DNA of 64,000 nt, from positions 32,180,001 to 32,244,000 of the forward strand of contig OZ249440.1 of assembly GCA_965235115.1 (NCBI GenBank), written 5' to 3'. Position 1 is the first letter of the stretch, and each line of letters starts with the position of its first letter. Of the stretch, positions 39,285 to 50,835 are shown piece after piece. This DNA comes from Laetmonice hystrix (Eukaryota). The translations under genes were made by a program, and so were the position numbers. Under the pieces are notes generated by a model, which had not been told where the DNA came from, ran no database searches, and saw only the letters and a list, made by a program, of their open reading frames with translations.

Positions 39285-40863
39285 ATGGTTACACCTCCAC
39301 CTCTCTTGTGCTTCCTGTAGTTGTGGACTGCTGTGTATTCAGGGTAATCGTACACTAAATGGTTTTCCTTAGTTATCCAAGATTCGGCTATACACAGGAA
39401 TGAGAATCTCGACCTTGTCTTGTGAATTAGTGCATCAATTTCATGGAAATGCTTGACAAGACTTCTTGCATTCATGTAGAAGATAGATACATGATCATTA
39501 AATTTTGTGTTTGCCCATCCATTCATGACAAGGAAAAAAAACGAGGAAATTACGAAACACCTCAGACACCCGGGACCCTCACCTGGATCAAGACTCAGAC
39601 AGTATGACCGAAACCAACACAGAGTCACAGGTGAGTGCACACACACAGTGCACGGTAGAACCAACTCGAATGTTTGAGCACCTCTCAGGAAAGTTAGAAC
39701 TGTTGTCAGCTGATATAAAACGGCTCTGCTCACTCCCTGACATGCTGTAATCTTTAGAGAATAAACTCACTAAGGAAAATGAAGATATTAGATTGAGCAT
39801 AAAGATTATCGAGGATGAAGTAAAGACTACCACTAAAGCATGTACGGCTACTGCGGCCACTGTAACCCAACTGCAAAAGGAGCTCAAGTCAGAGCGGGCG
39901 AAAAATGCAACAGCTCAACGTGAACTAACCTGTGCTAAACAACATATCCTTCAGCTAGAAACTTACTCCCGTAAAAATAACATAGTCATAGAAGGGATGC
40001 CTGAGACAACTGGGGAATCCACTGTATTGGACCCAGTGCTTCAACTCCTAAACAATGAATTAGGTCTGAACATAAAGTCTTCGGACATTGATAAGACTCA
40101 TAGATTTGGTCTATCATTCAACAATAAACCGAGATCAATACTGGTGCGTTTCTTTGGAGTCGGGACTCGTGATCTTGTACTGCGAAACATCAAAAAGCTG
40201 CGTGAATCACGCTCTCAACTCTACATCAATGAGGACCTACCCCCTGAAATAAGGAAACAACGGGCCGATATGCGTGCTATAGCCTCATATGCAAGACACT
40301 TGAGAGAAACTGCTGTGGTCAAAGGGGACATGTTGGTATTGAACCAATCCAAATATAAATTCGATGATCTTGATCTTCTACCCCCCCAACTCTCACTATC
40401 AGCAGCCATGACCCCTCAGGTTTCGAGTACTGCAGTAGGTTTCCACAGTGCTCACTCTCCCCTATCAAACTTCTATAACTGTGAAATTATCATCGATGGG
40501 GAAACCTACAACTCAAGTGAACAATATTTCCAATGGAAAAAATGCCAAATTACTGGTAACGAGGCGATTGGACGGAAAATCATGCTTGAAAATGACCCCT
40601 TAGGTATTGTATAAGCATATAGTACCAATTAAAGTCTTCGTTTTACAATACCCCATGATTTAGGGATTTTATCAGCAAGTGAGGGTCCAACATTTACAAA
40701 ATAACTATTAAAATTGTTTACAATTGCTAATGGGTCATTCTCCACATTTCCGTTTTCATCCTCGAAATAAGAGGGATAACCTGCAGATTTATTTTTGCCT
40801 ATTATTTCATTTAAGATTTGCCAATAGAATTTCATTCATTGTCATTCATTCATTGTCATTGTC
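39285..40863. mobile_element. Rearranged CR1/L2-type LINE fragments
   Basis: Minus-strand APE start (MNARSL, IAESW, RGGGV) 39285-39520; plus-strand ORF1 39523-40603; minus-strand ORF2 linker (WQILNEIIG..NNFNSYFVNVG) 40650-40830; TCAT/TGTCAT tail 40831-40863. Confidence 0.85.
39793..40614 (+). CDS. LINE ORF1p (coiled coil + L1-type RRM/CTD) fused to a truncated NADAR/YbiA-like domain
   Basis: LETYSRKNNIVIEGMPE, IDKTHRFG..PRSILVRF and LYINEDLPPEIRKQR (L1-type ORF1); then FHSAHSPLSNFYNCEIIIDGETYNSSEQYFQWKKC...IMLENDP (40441-40600), matching the NADAR N-terminal pattern. Cut at an inversion breakpoint. Confidence 0.8.
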   Translation: MSIKIIEDEVKTTTKACTATAATVTQLQKELKSERAKNATAQRELTCAKQHILQLETYSRKNNIVIEGMPETTGESTVLDPVLQLLNNELGLNIKSSDIDKTHRFGLSFNNKPRSILVRFFGVGTRDLVLRNIKKLRESRSQLYINEDLPPEIRKQRADMRAIASYARHLRETAVVKGDMLVLNQSKYKFDDLDLLPPQLSLSAAMTPQVSSTAVGFHSAHSPLSNFYNCEIIIDGETYNSSEQYFQWKKCQITGNEAIGRKIMLENDPLGIV

Positions 40864-40890
40864 AGTCCGGGAGCCAGGGGGGTTTATTTG

Positions 40891-43800
40891 CATACCTGCC
40901 AACCCTTCCGCATTCTATGGAATCTTTCCCCATTCCTCTCTAAATATTACGGAATCATAAAATTTACAGAATAAGTATAGATTCCCTCCAAATACATGTT
41001 AAATCTCTCGCTCATGGCAGAGTTTCAATGGCAAAAATAAGGACTCGACGCCACACGTCGGGTACCTTTATGTAGGCAAAACGAAGACTTTAATTGGTAC
41101 TATATGCTTATACAATACCTAAAGTATGTTGTAGTATAGCGTATGAGGTTTCTGTCGATTCTTCCGGTCTCCATATTGGTTCTCGGACAGGATCTCACGT
41201 TATATCAGAAGGAAGGAAACGGAAGAATGGAACCGGGAACCCTGGGTGAGAGGTATAAATACGGAAAACCGTCGACGCAGTACCCTCTCTCTTCAGACTA
41301 CACGAGCGTTCTCTACGTTTCAAAGGCTCGCCGCGATCAGACGTTCTTTGTTCCTCACACTACGGGTGAGTTCGTTCTACTGTTGGGTATTCCGTCAAGC
41401 GTAGAGTAGCTTATTGCGTGTATTTCGGTTTATGACTTTCTGCAACACCTCTGGTGTATGTCTAAACAGATTCAGTAACTTTCTTGTGGATCCGAAATAG
41501 GCCAAGAGGGCGCACAGTTCACTGTACGGGACCAACCCGTCCTTTGTTATTCGGTCGGTAGGACTCACGTCGTTGAGACGAAAGGTCATGTGTGGGTTGG
41601 AGTGTTGTTTATCGCCACATTTTGCGTTCGATCGACAACGTTTGCGGGTCAATGTTCTGTAGTTGTACCTTTCTTTGTCCTCTGCATTGAGCCACAGGGA
41701 TTTCAGTCTGTATTACCACAGGGCAGTTGTGGTTCAGATACGGTCACCGGAGTTTTCGACAGTATTGGACAGGACGGTATATAAAATCGGTAGGTTTCCT
41801 GGATTAGTTTAGACGTTATGAGGATAATGGTGACATTGATAGGGTTAACCATTAATTGTACGCCAGTCTTTGTCCTGTGTATTTAGTCATTAGGATTTTC
41901 AGTTTGTATTGGCACGGGACAGTTATGGTCCATCTGCGGTTTGCACCGGAGGGTTTCGACTGAATTGGACGATATAAGTTAGTGGTTTCCCAGGATGGTT
42001 TAGACTTTATGTGATTGTAGTAACATTGTTATACGTTTAACGATGTGTGTAAATTCGTACCAGTCTTTGTCCTCCGTTCTGAGGCACTAGGATTTCAGTC
42101 GGCATTACCACGCTCTGGGATTTCTTTTCGACTGAACTGGACGATGTATAAATTAGTGGTTCAGGGAATTAGTGTATCAATTGGGGCGGTGTACCCCAGT
42201 TCGTCTTTACACCGTTGGTGGTTGTGCATGTGCAGTTTAGATGTTGTGTTCTGGGGTCGCCCCTCATTGGTGGGTTTTACTTTATGTCATGTTATGTTAT
42301 GTTACGTTGTGTAATGTTATGTTATGCGTGGGTTCCGTCTCTCCTGGGGCAACCGTAACCTTTGTCGGGAGTAGAGGTAGTGTTCCCAAAGCATGTTGTA
42401 CTTGGATTTTCGGTTGGGGTCCGGTGTCCCGGGGTTCCGCCGTCCCCGCCATATGTTGTCAGCTAGGGCACTTCGAGGAAGTGACGTTGTGTTCCCCGGG
42501 CGGCCTCGCGGGGTCCATTATTAGTGGTCGTGTTTCGATGAGGTTCCGCCACCCTAGGTTTCATATAGGAGTGTGCTTAGTAAAACTCGTCTCTTGTCCA
42601 GTACTTTAGTGGATAGGCTATTTTACGGATATTTGTTTTGTTTATTTCGTCCACATCTTCGGACTTCGGTGTGAACCCCCTTTTCCTTCGATATTACCCA
42701 GTAATCTTGTTTAATTTTACCTGACCAATCATGTTTAGTGGACCAGCTTAATATCTGGGTAATAGCAAGATGTCCGCTTTAGTTATTATAGGCGAGTTAC
42801 GATCTCCACTCAGCTGGCCGCTTCCAATAGGTCACGGGTATTAATAGTTATAATGTAGACTATAATCTTTATTATACTGTTGTCGTTACTCAAATGGATT
42901 GTATTGAGTGAGGTTGTGTTCCTTTGGGTTCCGTCTCTCCTTAAGTTGTTTAAGTTAGTGATGTTGTGTTCCCATGTGGGTTCCGTCACAAATTATGCTG
43001 GAATCTTGTTCCTAAGAGTTCTGTCGATCCTCAAATGGTGTACCCAAGCAGTGGGGTGGTTTCTGTGCGTTTTGTGGCTCACATTTGTTAAAAAGTGGAT
43101 TCCTATTCCAATGGACCCCGTCACTCCATTTTATTAAGGTTCTGTCGCTTGTGTCCCCTAGTTATTTAGAAGTGAGGTTATGTTCAAGTGGTTCCATCAC
43201 TTAATTTTATATTATGATGAATATATTATTATTATTATTATTATTAGTTGTCTTATTATTTTAGTGGTTTTATTATTTTTAGTAGTCTTATTAATGTTAT
43301 TACTATTTTATCACTGTTACTCTTACTATTATTGTTATTATCGTAATTGTCATTTTTATAGTATAATTATAGTATAGTTATAAATTAGCGTTATTAATTA
43401 TTATTATGCCATTTATTATGATTATTATGCATTTTATTATTGTTATTTATTGTTATTATTATTATTAATTTTTACTGGTCTTATTAATTTAAGTGGTCTT
43501 ATTAATTTTACTATTTTAACACTGATATTACTATTATTATTATTTTAATTATCAATTTTATAGTATTGTTATAAAATATTAATTTTTAATTATTATTCCA
43601 TTTATTATGATTATGATTCATTTTATTACTGTTTTATTTATAATTATTATTATAATAACTGTACCTCAAGTTTCCGTCACTCATTTTATTACTATTAATG
43701 GGAGTATGTTCCTGAGGATCCGTCACTGATACTTCGGTTCTGACTAGGGATGCGAGGTTGTTGGATCACTCCGCTTTCTAATACTTTGTGTGGGTGGTGC

Positions 43801-46476
43801 GGTGTCTTGAGATACCATCACTCATATTCTTCTGGTTATCAGGAGTTAGATTGTGTTTTAATGGGGTCTGTCACTCCAGTTTATTACTATTATTGGCTGG
43901 GTGTTTCCAAGGATCCGTTACTGATTATGTCCTGACTGGGAGCTGGATTTTGTTCATATATAGGCCTACTCCGTGTCAGTTGGGTGGTATTCCTGCGGTA
44001 CCATCCCTCATATTTTCCTGGTTAATTAGGAGTTGCGTTGTGTTCTAATGGGGACCGTCACTCCATTTTATTACCTTTGTGATGGATGCCGTGTCTGTCC
44101 ATGTACCTTTCTAAAGTTTATCACCTATAGTCTTATTGTTCAAAATTACTGCTTGGAATATTTATTGCTCTTCCAGTGTTCGCTTCGAAGCGTGGTGCCT
44201 TCTACCAGAGTTTTTCATAGCAGGTTATCCGGTGGGAAATATGTTGTATAGTGTGTCACCGACGACATACAATTTGAATTTCCAGTCGTTCCGCCAGTGT
44301 GAGTTACCCTTTAAGTTACGTTACGGGTAGTGCAGGAGTGTCGGGCTCTGTAGCATTATCTAGTTTTGGTAAGGTAAGGTGACCGGACGAGGAGGAAGAA
44401 GAAGTAACATCGGTTGGACAGGAGTGTACTCTCGTCTGGCCTCAACCACATACCTCCTTGGATGTTGACCTGGAAGCTTGGCGTTTATTGAACAGTACCG
44501 TGGTTGGAGTTGTTATTAGTAGTAGTATTATTTTCTAATTTGGCCCCAAGTGAAGTGGAATGGAGGTGGGGCCGCATTGTTTCCCGGATTTTCGGTTATC
44601 ATAATTTTCATAATCTCAACATAAGGATTAATAATGTTTTACGTTGGATGTTGTCCTTTGGGTTCGACTAGCTGGATGTGATACTCAGCCTGTCATGGGA
44701 ATTTAAGTCGTTCATCAGCAATTTGACAAGATTCAAAGCTTTATTGTATTCAAGTTGCAGGTACGGAGGCGATGCCAATTTCGGACAGGGAATGATTGGA
44801 TCCATGCTAATTGTTGACCGTGGGTTATCGGAACGCGGTGGGTCTGGAGATGATTGGTTCCGGATCTTTCAACTCCCAACACCGGACGTTAGCGCTCAAT
44901 TGAGGCTTCTGGTGAGGTATCGGTTGGATGCGTTCGGACTGTCCGCTTGCCTTCTTTGGTGGCTCCAGCTGCATCTTCGATCCAGCTTAGTGGCCTTGTT
45001 GTCTCCACCTAATAAGGCAGGACTATAAGTAATAGGCCTACCCATGGAATTTTGGCCAATGTATCTCCATATATCTATAATGTATTATCAATTGTCATTA
45101 TCTATTATCAGTTGTCATTATATATTATTACTATGTTATTTATACAGTTATATATAATAGTATGTTATTTATACTTGTTATATATTATATTATAGTATAT
45201 TAATATATCATTTATATGTGTTATATATATTTATCATTTACCATCTTATATGATGTAATGTTTTGTATGTGGGATTGTATGTAGAGTCTCCCCGGTTGGG
45301 GATGATCGACGGGTTACGCAATAAAAATGTAACCTACTATACTTTTCACATACAGCCTCTGAGTTTTGACTACATAAATAAGGACTCGACGCCACACGTC
45401 GGGTACCTTTATGTAGGCAAAACGAAGACTTTAATTGGTACTATATGCTTATACAATACCTAAAGTATGTTGTAGTATAGCGTATGAGGCTTCCGTCGAT
45501 TCTTCCGGTCTCCATATTGGTTCTCGGACAGGATCTCACGTTATATCAGAAGGAAGGAAACGGAAGAATGGAACCGGGAACCCTGGGTGACAGGTATAAA
45601 TACGGAAAACCGTCGACGCAGTACCCTCTCTCCTCAGACTACACGAGCGTTCTCTACGTTTCAAAGGCTCGCCGCGATCAGACGTCCCACCTCCGCCCCG
45701 ACTCCTCCATACCTCCCTGAGGACACTGGGGATATTTCGTCGTAGCGTCTTTGACCACGTTCATGAGGGTCATATGACCAGGGGTTGGTTAAGGGTGGTA
45801 CCGGGGTCAGCGTGGTCTGCCCGGGCTTTTTGCGGGGTTATACAGGGATGTGGGTCGTGGGAGGGAACTCGTGGTCTAGGACTTTTTGGGCCTTGTTGTC
45901 TCCACCTAATAAGGCAGGACTATAAGTAATAGGCCTACCCATGGAATTTTGGCCAATGTATCTCCATATATCTATAATGTATTATCAATTGTCATTATCT
46001 ATTATCAGTTGTCATTATATATTATTACTATGTTATTTATACAGTTATATATAATAGTATGTTATTTATACTTGTTATATATTATATTATAGTATATTAA
46101 TATATCATTTATATGTGTTATATATATTTATCATTTACCATCTTATATGATGTAATGTTTTGTATGTGGGATTGTATGTAGAGTCTCCCCGGTTGGGGAT
46201 GATCGACGGGTTACGCAATAAAAATGTAACCTACTATACTTTTCACATACAGCCTCTGAGTTTTGACTACATAAAGATCGTTTATGGTCCCGGCCATATA
46301 ACTAGATTCTTCTCTCTAGATCTCTAGATTTAGTAAGTTTAGTAAATCAGAGATGTGCTTTCTGTCAGTAATGGAGAGGAAGCGAGAGAGATGGATAAAA
46401 GAAGTTATTTAGAGAGAATATCAAAAGTCTATTTGGGATGATTCCGGATTCCGTCGACCAAATGTTGGCAGGTATG
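40891..46476. mobile_element. hAT-like MITE (CATACCTGCCAAC TIR, 6-bp TSD TATTTG), split by the split-direct-repeat element
   Basis: TIR at 40891-40903 and 46464-46476; TATTTG at 40885-90 and 46477-82. Confidence 0.85.
41035..46275 (+). mobile_element. Non-autonomous split-direct-repeat retroelement (Ngaro/PAT-like DIRS architecture A1 - body - B1A2 - spacer - B2)
   Basis: A1 41035-41344 matches A2 45376-45685 (4 mismatches seen); B1 44992-45378 matches B2 45889-46275 (no differences seen). No TSD, but AAA is shared at both ends and at the B1A2 junction. TATAAA in A, AATAAA in B. No RT/RNase H/YR ORF. Confidence 0.85.
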
Positions 46477-46971
46477 TATTTGCGGTATTTGCAGTTTCGA
46501 GGCCAAAAGGTCTGAAGGTGGTTTTAGATGCGAAATGTTGTGCCTCACCTGGATCTGAGTGTCTTACAAGTTGAAACTGCTGGATTTGGGTGTGAGGCAT
46601 CATTTTAGGAGAATTCGCTAATTTTCAAAATGCGAAAATAATGACCCTGCATAATGGGGGGTTGGGGTAATATAAACGCTTATAGAGAACGTGTACTTCA
46701 TCATATTTATGCAAATGAGATATCATTTGAAGGCCCAAACAAAGTACTTTTAGATGATATATGTTTTGTATGTGTATATTAATTATCAAGGTCACCAGAG
46801 GTCACAAGGTCACGTGACCATGATATCGCTTAGAGGATTTACTGAAATCTCGACATATGGTCATTGTCACTCACCTATGGGGAGAGAGAATTTATCTTTG
46901 AAGAATTTCTTATAGTTTTTGTGTAGCTGACATTATATGGAAGTTTTTGGGAAAGTTCCAACAAATTTTAA

Positions 46972-47454
46972 AGGGGCATACTATGAAACACGTTTTTGAG
47001 GATTTCCGGCAATTATCCAACATGACCGTGTACTAGGGATCGACGTAAATAATCCTACCACAGCATTTTGTCCTCCGACGTGTTTTCGCTGCGTATGCAA
47101 CACAAGTAGGTTCTATACAACCAAACCTATAGATTTCTCCCGATAGCACATCTCCCGCCATAATCTGGCGGACAACCTCCCATCAACCCGTGTAATTGCA
47201 TACTGTGTCACATCCTGTGTGTGCACTCTCTGCATGTGCTTGATCATCCGACATCAGAATGCCACCCAAAAAATATTTTACGAAATCGGCAGAGAAGCGG
47301 GCTAGGGAGCTTAGTAAACTTCGATTTCTCACGCGAAATGAAACTGATAAGTCTGTCTTTGTTTACCAAGCAATTTTAATGAAGGATCTCTTTATGAAAA
47401 CCGCAAAAGTTCTATGAAATACCGATTTTTAACGTTTCCTCATAACATGCCCCT
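46972..47454. mobile_element. Kolobok-like MITE
   Basis: AGGGGCAT..TATGA / TCATA..ATGCCCCT ends; TTAA TSD (46968-71, 47455-58). Confidence 0.8.
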
Positions 47455-48452
47455 TTAAGTATTCGTTGATTTTCTGTAAATTCCTGAAAAAAATCACATA
47501 TTTCGAAGATTTACGGAAAACCAGTCCTCCAACATGCTTGCAAATCCAGCAGTTTCAACTTGTAAGACACTCAGATCCAGGTGAGGCACAACATTTCGCA
47601 TCTAAACCCACCTTCAGACCTTTTGGCCTCGAAACTGCAAATAAACCCGCCCTGGCTCCCGGACTACTTGGTCTATCCGTATACATACATCATGAATTTG
47701 GGAGTCAGAAACTGGTAGAAGACATGTTTAACTTGGGGTATGGAATCTCCTACACTGAATTCCGAAGGTTCTTGACATCCGCTGCTGTACATGTAAGTTC
47801 CAGACCACAGCATGACGCTGCACGTTCACTAATTCCACCAGAGCTGGTGGCCAAACAGGATGGCGGAAAACAGCTGATAGCAGTTGCCGATAACTGGGAC
47901 CATAATGAATGCACAGTCGATGGAAAGCGCACAACTCATGCCATGACCAGTATCATTGTGACACCACAAGTGGACAAAGACTTTCCTCGATAAACTTTTA
48001 AAGTTTCTAATCAAATTCAACACAATGAAACATCCATAAAAAGACATTGTGCGATTATTTGGGAAAAACAAGGACGAAAATAATTAGGGGCGTGACACCC
48101 CAAAATAGCAATTTTTATTGTTCTGGGAAACACAATGCAAAAACTTATGTCAACAAGAATTATTTTTTACTGATGATAAGAACTGTTTTAACCCAATATG
48201 TATGAAGTATCATTTTGCAGGTGGCAACCTCTCTCACGTCCTTGCGTACAAGAAGCCTCCACATCGAGTAGAACCAGTTTGGGGCCGTTGCCTAATCTTG
48301 ACGACAGTCTGATGACGATCGCCACACTCTCGCCTTGCATAAACCATTGCTCTCACATTGCACTGACACATGTCGCCCCCTGGAATACTAAAAATTTTTG
48401 GTAAAAGAATAGCCCTTTACAAAAAAAATCAAGGTACCCATTACAAAAAGTC

Positions 48453-49996
48453 ATGGCAGAGCCCCGGAAGAGGAGAGTTTTTTATCCTCGTGTAAATCCA
48501 ATGATAAGGTTTAAAAGTGACTGCAAGTTCTGGAATCGATATCGTCTGGATAAAGTCAGTGTTAGACAGCTTGCTATAGAATTCGGGAGATCCGATTTTT
48601 CCACAAAAGGAAGCCGAAGTGGTGGAGGCCTATCCCATGAGGAAGGGGTAAGTACCTATGGCTATGTATTTTGCTATAACCTGAATAGCGCCAGTTGTTG
48701 AGTTTACTTGGCACCGTTGATTTGAGCTAAATTAGAAAGAAAGAAAGAAAGAACCTCTATACCTCTATCATTTTTTAATTTCCAAGAGCATGACAGTAGG
48801 TTCTCTCCTACTTTGAAAGAAGGAAGATGAAATTTATCATTCACTCTTTGTCAATTTCAGAACTAAAAATCAAGATACCGAATAAAAATGGAAACGTTTT
48901 GGAAATAAATTATTCGAAACGTTTTGCCCTCAGGGCCTAGGTGTTGGCTACAGATAATTCACACACTGATGTTCAATGTTTTGCAAAGATACAAATGTAC
49001 AATAACAATTTTCGGAAGAAATAAAAGTCAAGGGGGCAGATGAAGTTCCGTATAGTTACCTTTCAGCCCTGGCAATAGGGATTTTTTTGGGAGAAATTTA
49101 GCCGAGGCAGCTGCCTCAATGCAATTCACGGCCCTGGCCTGGTAATAATAGATTGATATACTACTGTGCAGGTGTCTGGCCCTCAGAGTTTTGGCTTCAG
49201 GAGCATTATACTCCACAGTGGCTGACAGCCAAGGAGTGGATATATCCACTGTCTGTCGATATGTTCATCGCTTCGTCAGGTTTATGAACAGCCAGACAAA
49301 CTGAAACCTAAGACCATTATACTTGATTAAGACATGAGAGGCGGGCTGTTTGCCCTTGGGCAGTCGATATGTAACTATCCATATTGCTATATGAAGGACA
49401 GTCACAGACTAAAAGTGGCCTGGAAGTGTGGCGACCTCTTGAAGGTCAAAATGACCAGAAATTTAACGTCAACCGAAGTGAATAAGTTGGTAATATTTAT
49501 GAAGAAAAAGGACATTAAGACTTTAGAAATAAGTAAAAAAGAAATCGGTTTATTCCAGGTACATAAGGTGGCTAAGAGGCAACAATGGCGAGATGCAGCC
49601 ATAGAGTGGGCAGAAGCTAAGAATTTCCCTAGAGTCCTGGGTGCAGTTGATGGTACCCACGTTGCTATCCGCTGTCCAAGCAGAGATGACAACGATTACT
49701 TCTGCCGTAAAGGGTTCCATAGTTTAAATGTCATGGTAAGTGTCTCAGGTTTTTACAACTATTATGTAAACTTACCAATGTGTTCTAACTTATGCTCACT
49801 AAAAGACATTTTTATAAACATGTGCATTATTATGTTTCTTATCTAGGGTGTCTGCAAAGCAGACCTGACATTCACATTCATCAGCGCATCAATGCCCGGA
49901 TCGTGCCATGACACATACATTTTTGAGAGAAGCGCTTTGGGGAAGCGGGCTATCCAAGAAGGGTTTGATCAGTACGTGCTACTAGGTGACTCAGGG
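48453..49996 (+). pseudogene. Harbinger (HARBI1-like) DDE transposase, spliced, 3'-truncated; exons ~48453-48647, ~49172-49300, ~49559-49735, 49847-49996
   Basis: FWNRYRL, LALRVLASG..TVADSQGVDISTVCR, FPRVLGAVDGTHVAI..RKGFHSLNVM, PGSCHD..LLGDSG; the exon carrying the final Glu is missing. Confidence 0.85.
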
Positions 49997-50069
49997 TAAG
50001 AACAAAGAAATTGAAAGCAATAACCGAATCTTAATAAATTCCATTCCATTTGGGGAATTTTGTTTGAAG

Positions 50070-50540
50070 GAGAATGACACCATGAACTCCTGAACAACCG
50101 AATCAAGAGTTCTTGGTGCCAGTCTCCTTTTTTATAGGTGGGTGGTGCCTTTTTCGGCTCACTCTCCTCCGCTATCACTGCTATCCTCTTCCGAGGACTT
50201 TCCCATTTCCTCTTGCATCTGTGGCTGACAGATGGCGACGTTTTGGCTGGAGAGGTCTCCCTTGGGGAGGGTTTGGCAGGAGATGAACTGCAGGGGGTCA
50301 GTGGTGTCTTAGGTGTGGTAGAAGCCTTGGAGGAAGTGGAAGGTGATGCGTTATGACCGTCGCTGGTAGTTGTCTTTTTGGAGGGAGTGGGTACAGAGGT
50401 CTTTCCGACAGATTTGGTACTGGTAGGTGTTGACTTCAGTGGTGGTAGGTCCTCCCCTGAATCAATGTCTATGATCTCGGGCTCTCTTGTAATCTTTAGC
50501 ACTTTCATCAAGATAGGGCTGAGAGTTCCAGACTTTCCTG
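50070..50540 (-). pseudogene. Ser/Thr/Pro/Lys-rich exon convergent with the Harbinger transposase (possible piece of the partner gene)
   Basis: Open frame within 49969-50511 with an AG acceptor near 50538; Harbinger elements usually carry a second Myb/SANT gene, but no Myb motif is visible here. Confidence 0.35.
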
Positions 50541-50835
50541 TATTAAGAACATAAAAAGATGGAATAAATGATTAACTTACACGATAATTGCTTAAATACT
50601 TGGCATGAAAGTAATGTAAATCAGGAAGGGAAATGTTATCCGGCGTTGTTAGTTCAGGTCATGCACTACACCTCTCAAATCTTGTGCGTAATTTCGCCAT
50701 TGTAACCAATGTAACAAACCCAAACCCGCTACATATCAATATTATGTATTTTATTAGAAAGAGCAAGTGTTTTTGATTATAAAAACGTATAGATATGTAC
50801 ACGTCACCGTGTTTATTTTTTGTTATAAGCCTAGG

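Larger units (their letters stand above)
39282..47666. mobile_element. Academ-type non-autonomous element (TAGTCCGGGAGCCAGGG TIR, CTT TSD) hosting further insertions
   Basis: Intact right TIR 47542-47666; the left TIR survives in three pieces: TAG 39282-84, 40864-40890 and ~46486-46588. TSD CTT at 39279-81 and 47667-69. Confidence 0.8.
38110..47993 (+). pseudogene. Academ-type transposase, N-terminal/central part, split by an 8.4-kb nested insertion (39282-47666)
   Basis: FDWKNKCFICG, DLVAADARYH..C, ...MSPKHL (ends 39281) joins in frame to GLSVYIHHEFGSQKLVEDMFNLGYGISYTE...DNWDHNECTVDGKRTTHAM (from 47670). The CTT codon is duplicated at the break. Confidence 0.85.

Noticed and set aside
41290..41344. 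Hammerhead core on the minus strand of repeat A
   Set aside because: Reads CTGATCG, not CTGANGA, and no convincing stems I/III.
42880..43700. Hydrophobic membrane-protein ORFs
   Set aside because: Explained by T-rich and (TTA)n low-complexity sequence.
41035..46275. LTR retrotransposon or TRIM
   Set aside because: Two different repeats are interleaved (A-B-A-B); no TG...CA ends, PBS/PPT or TSD.
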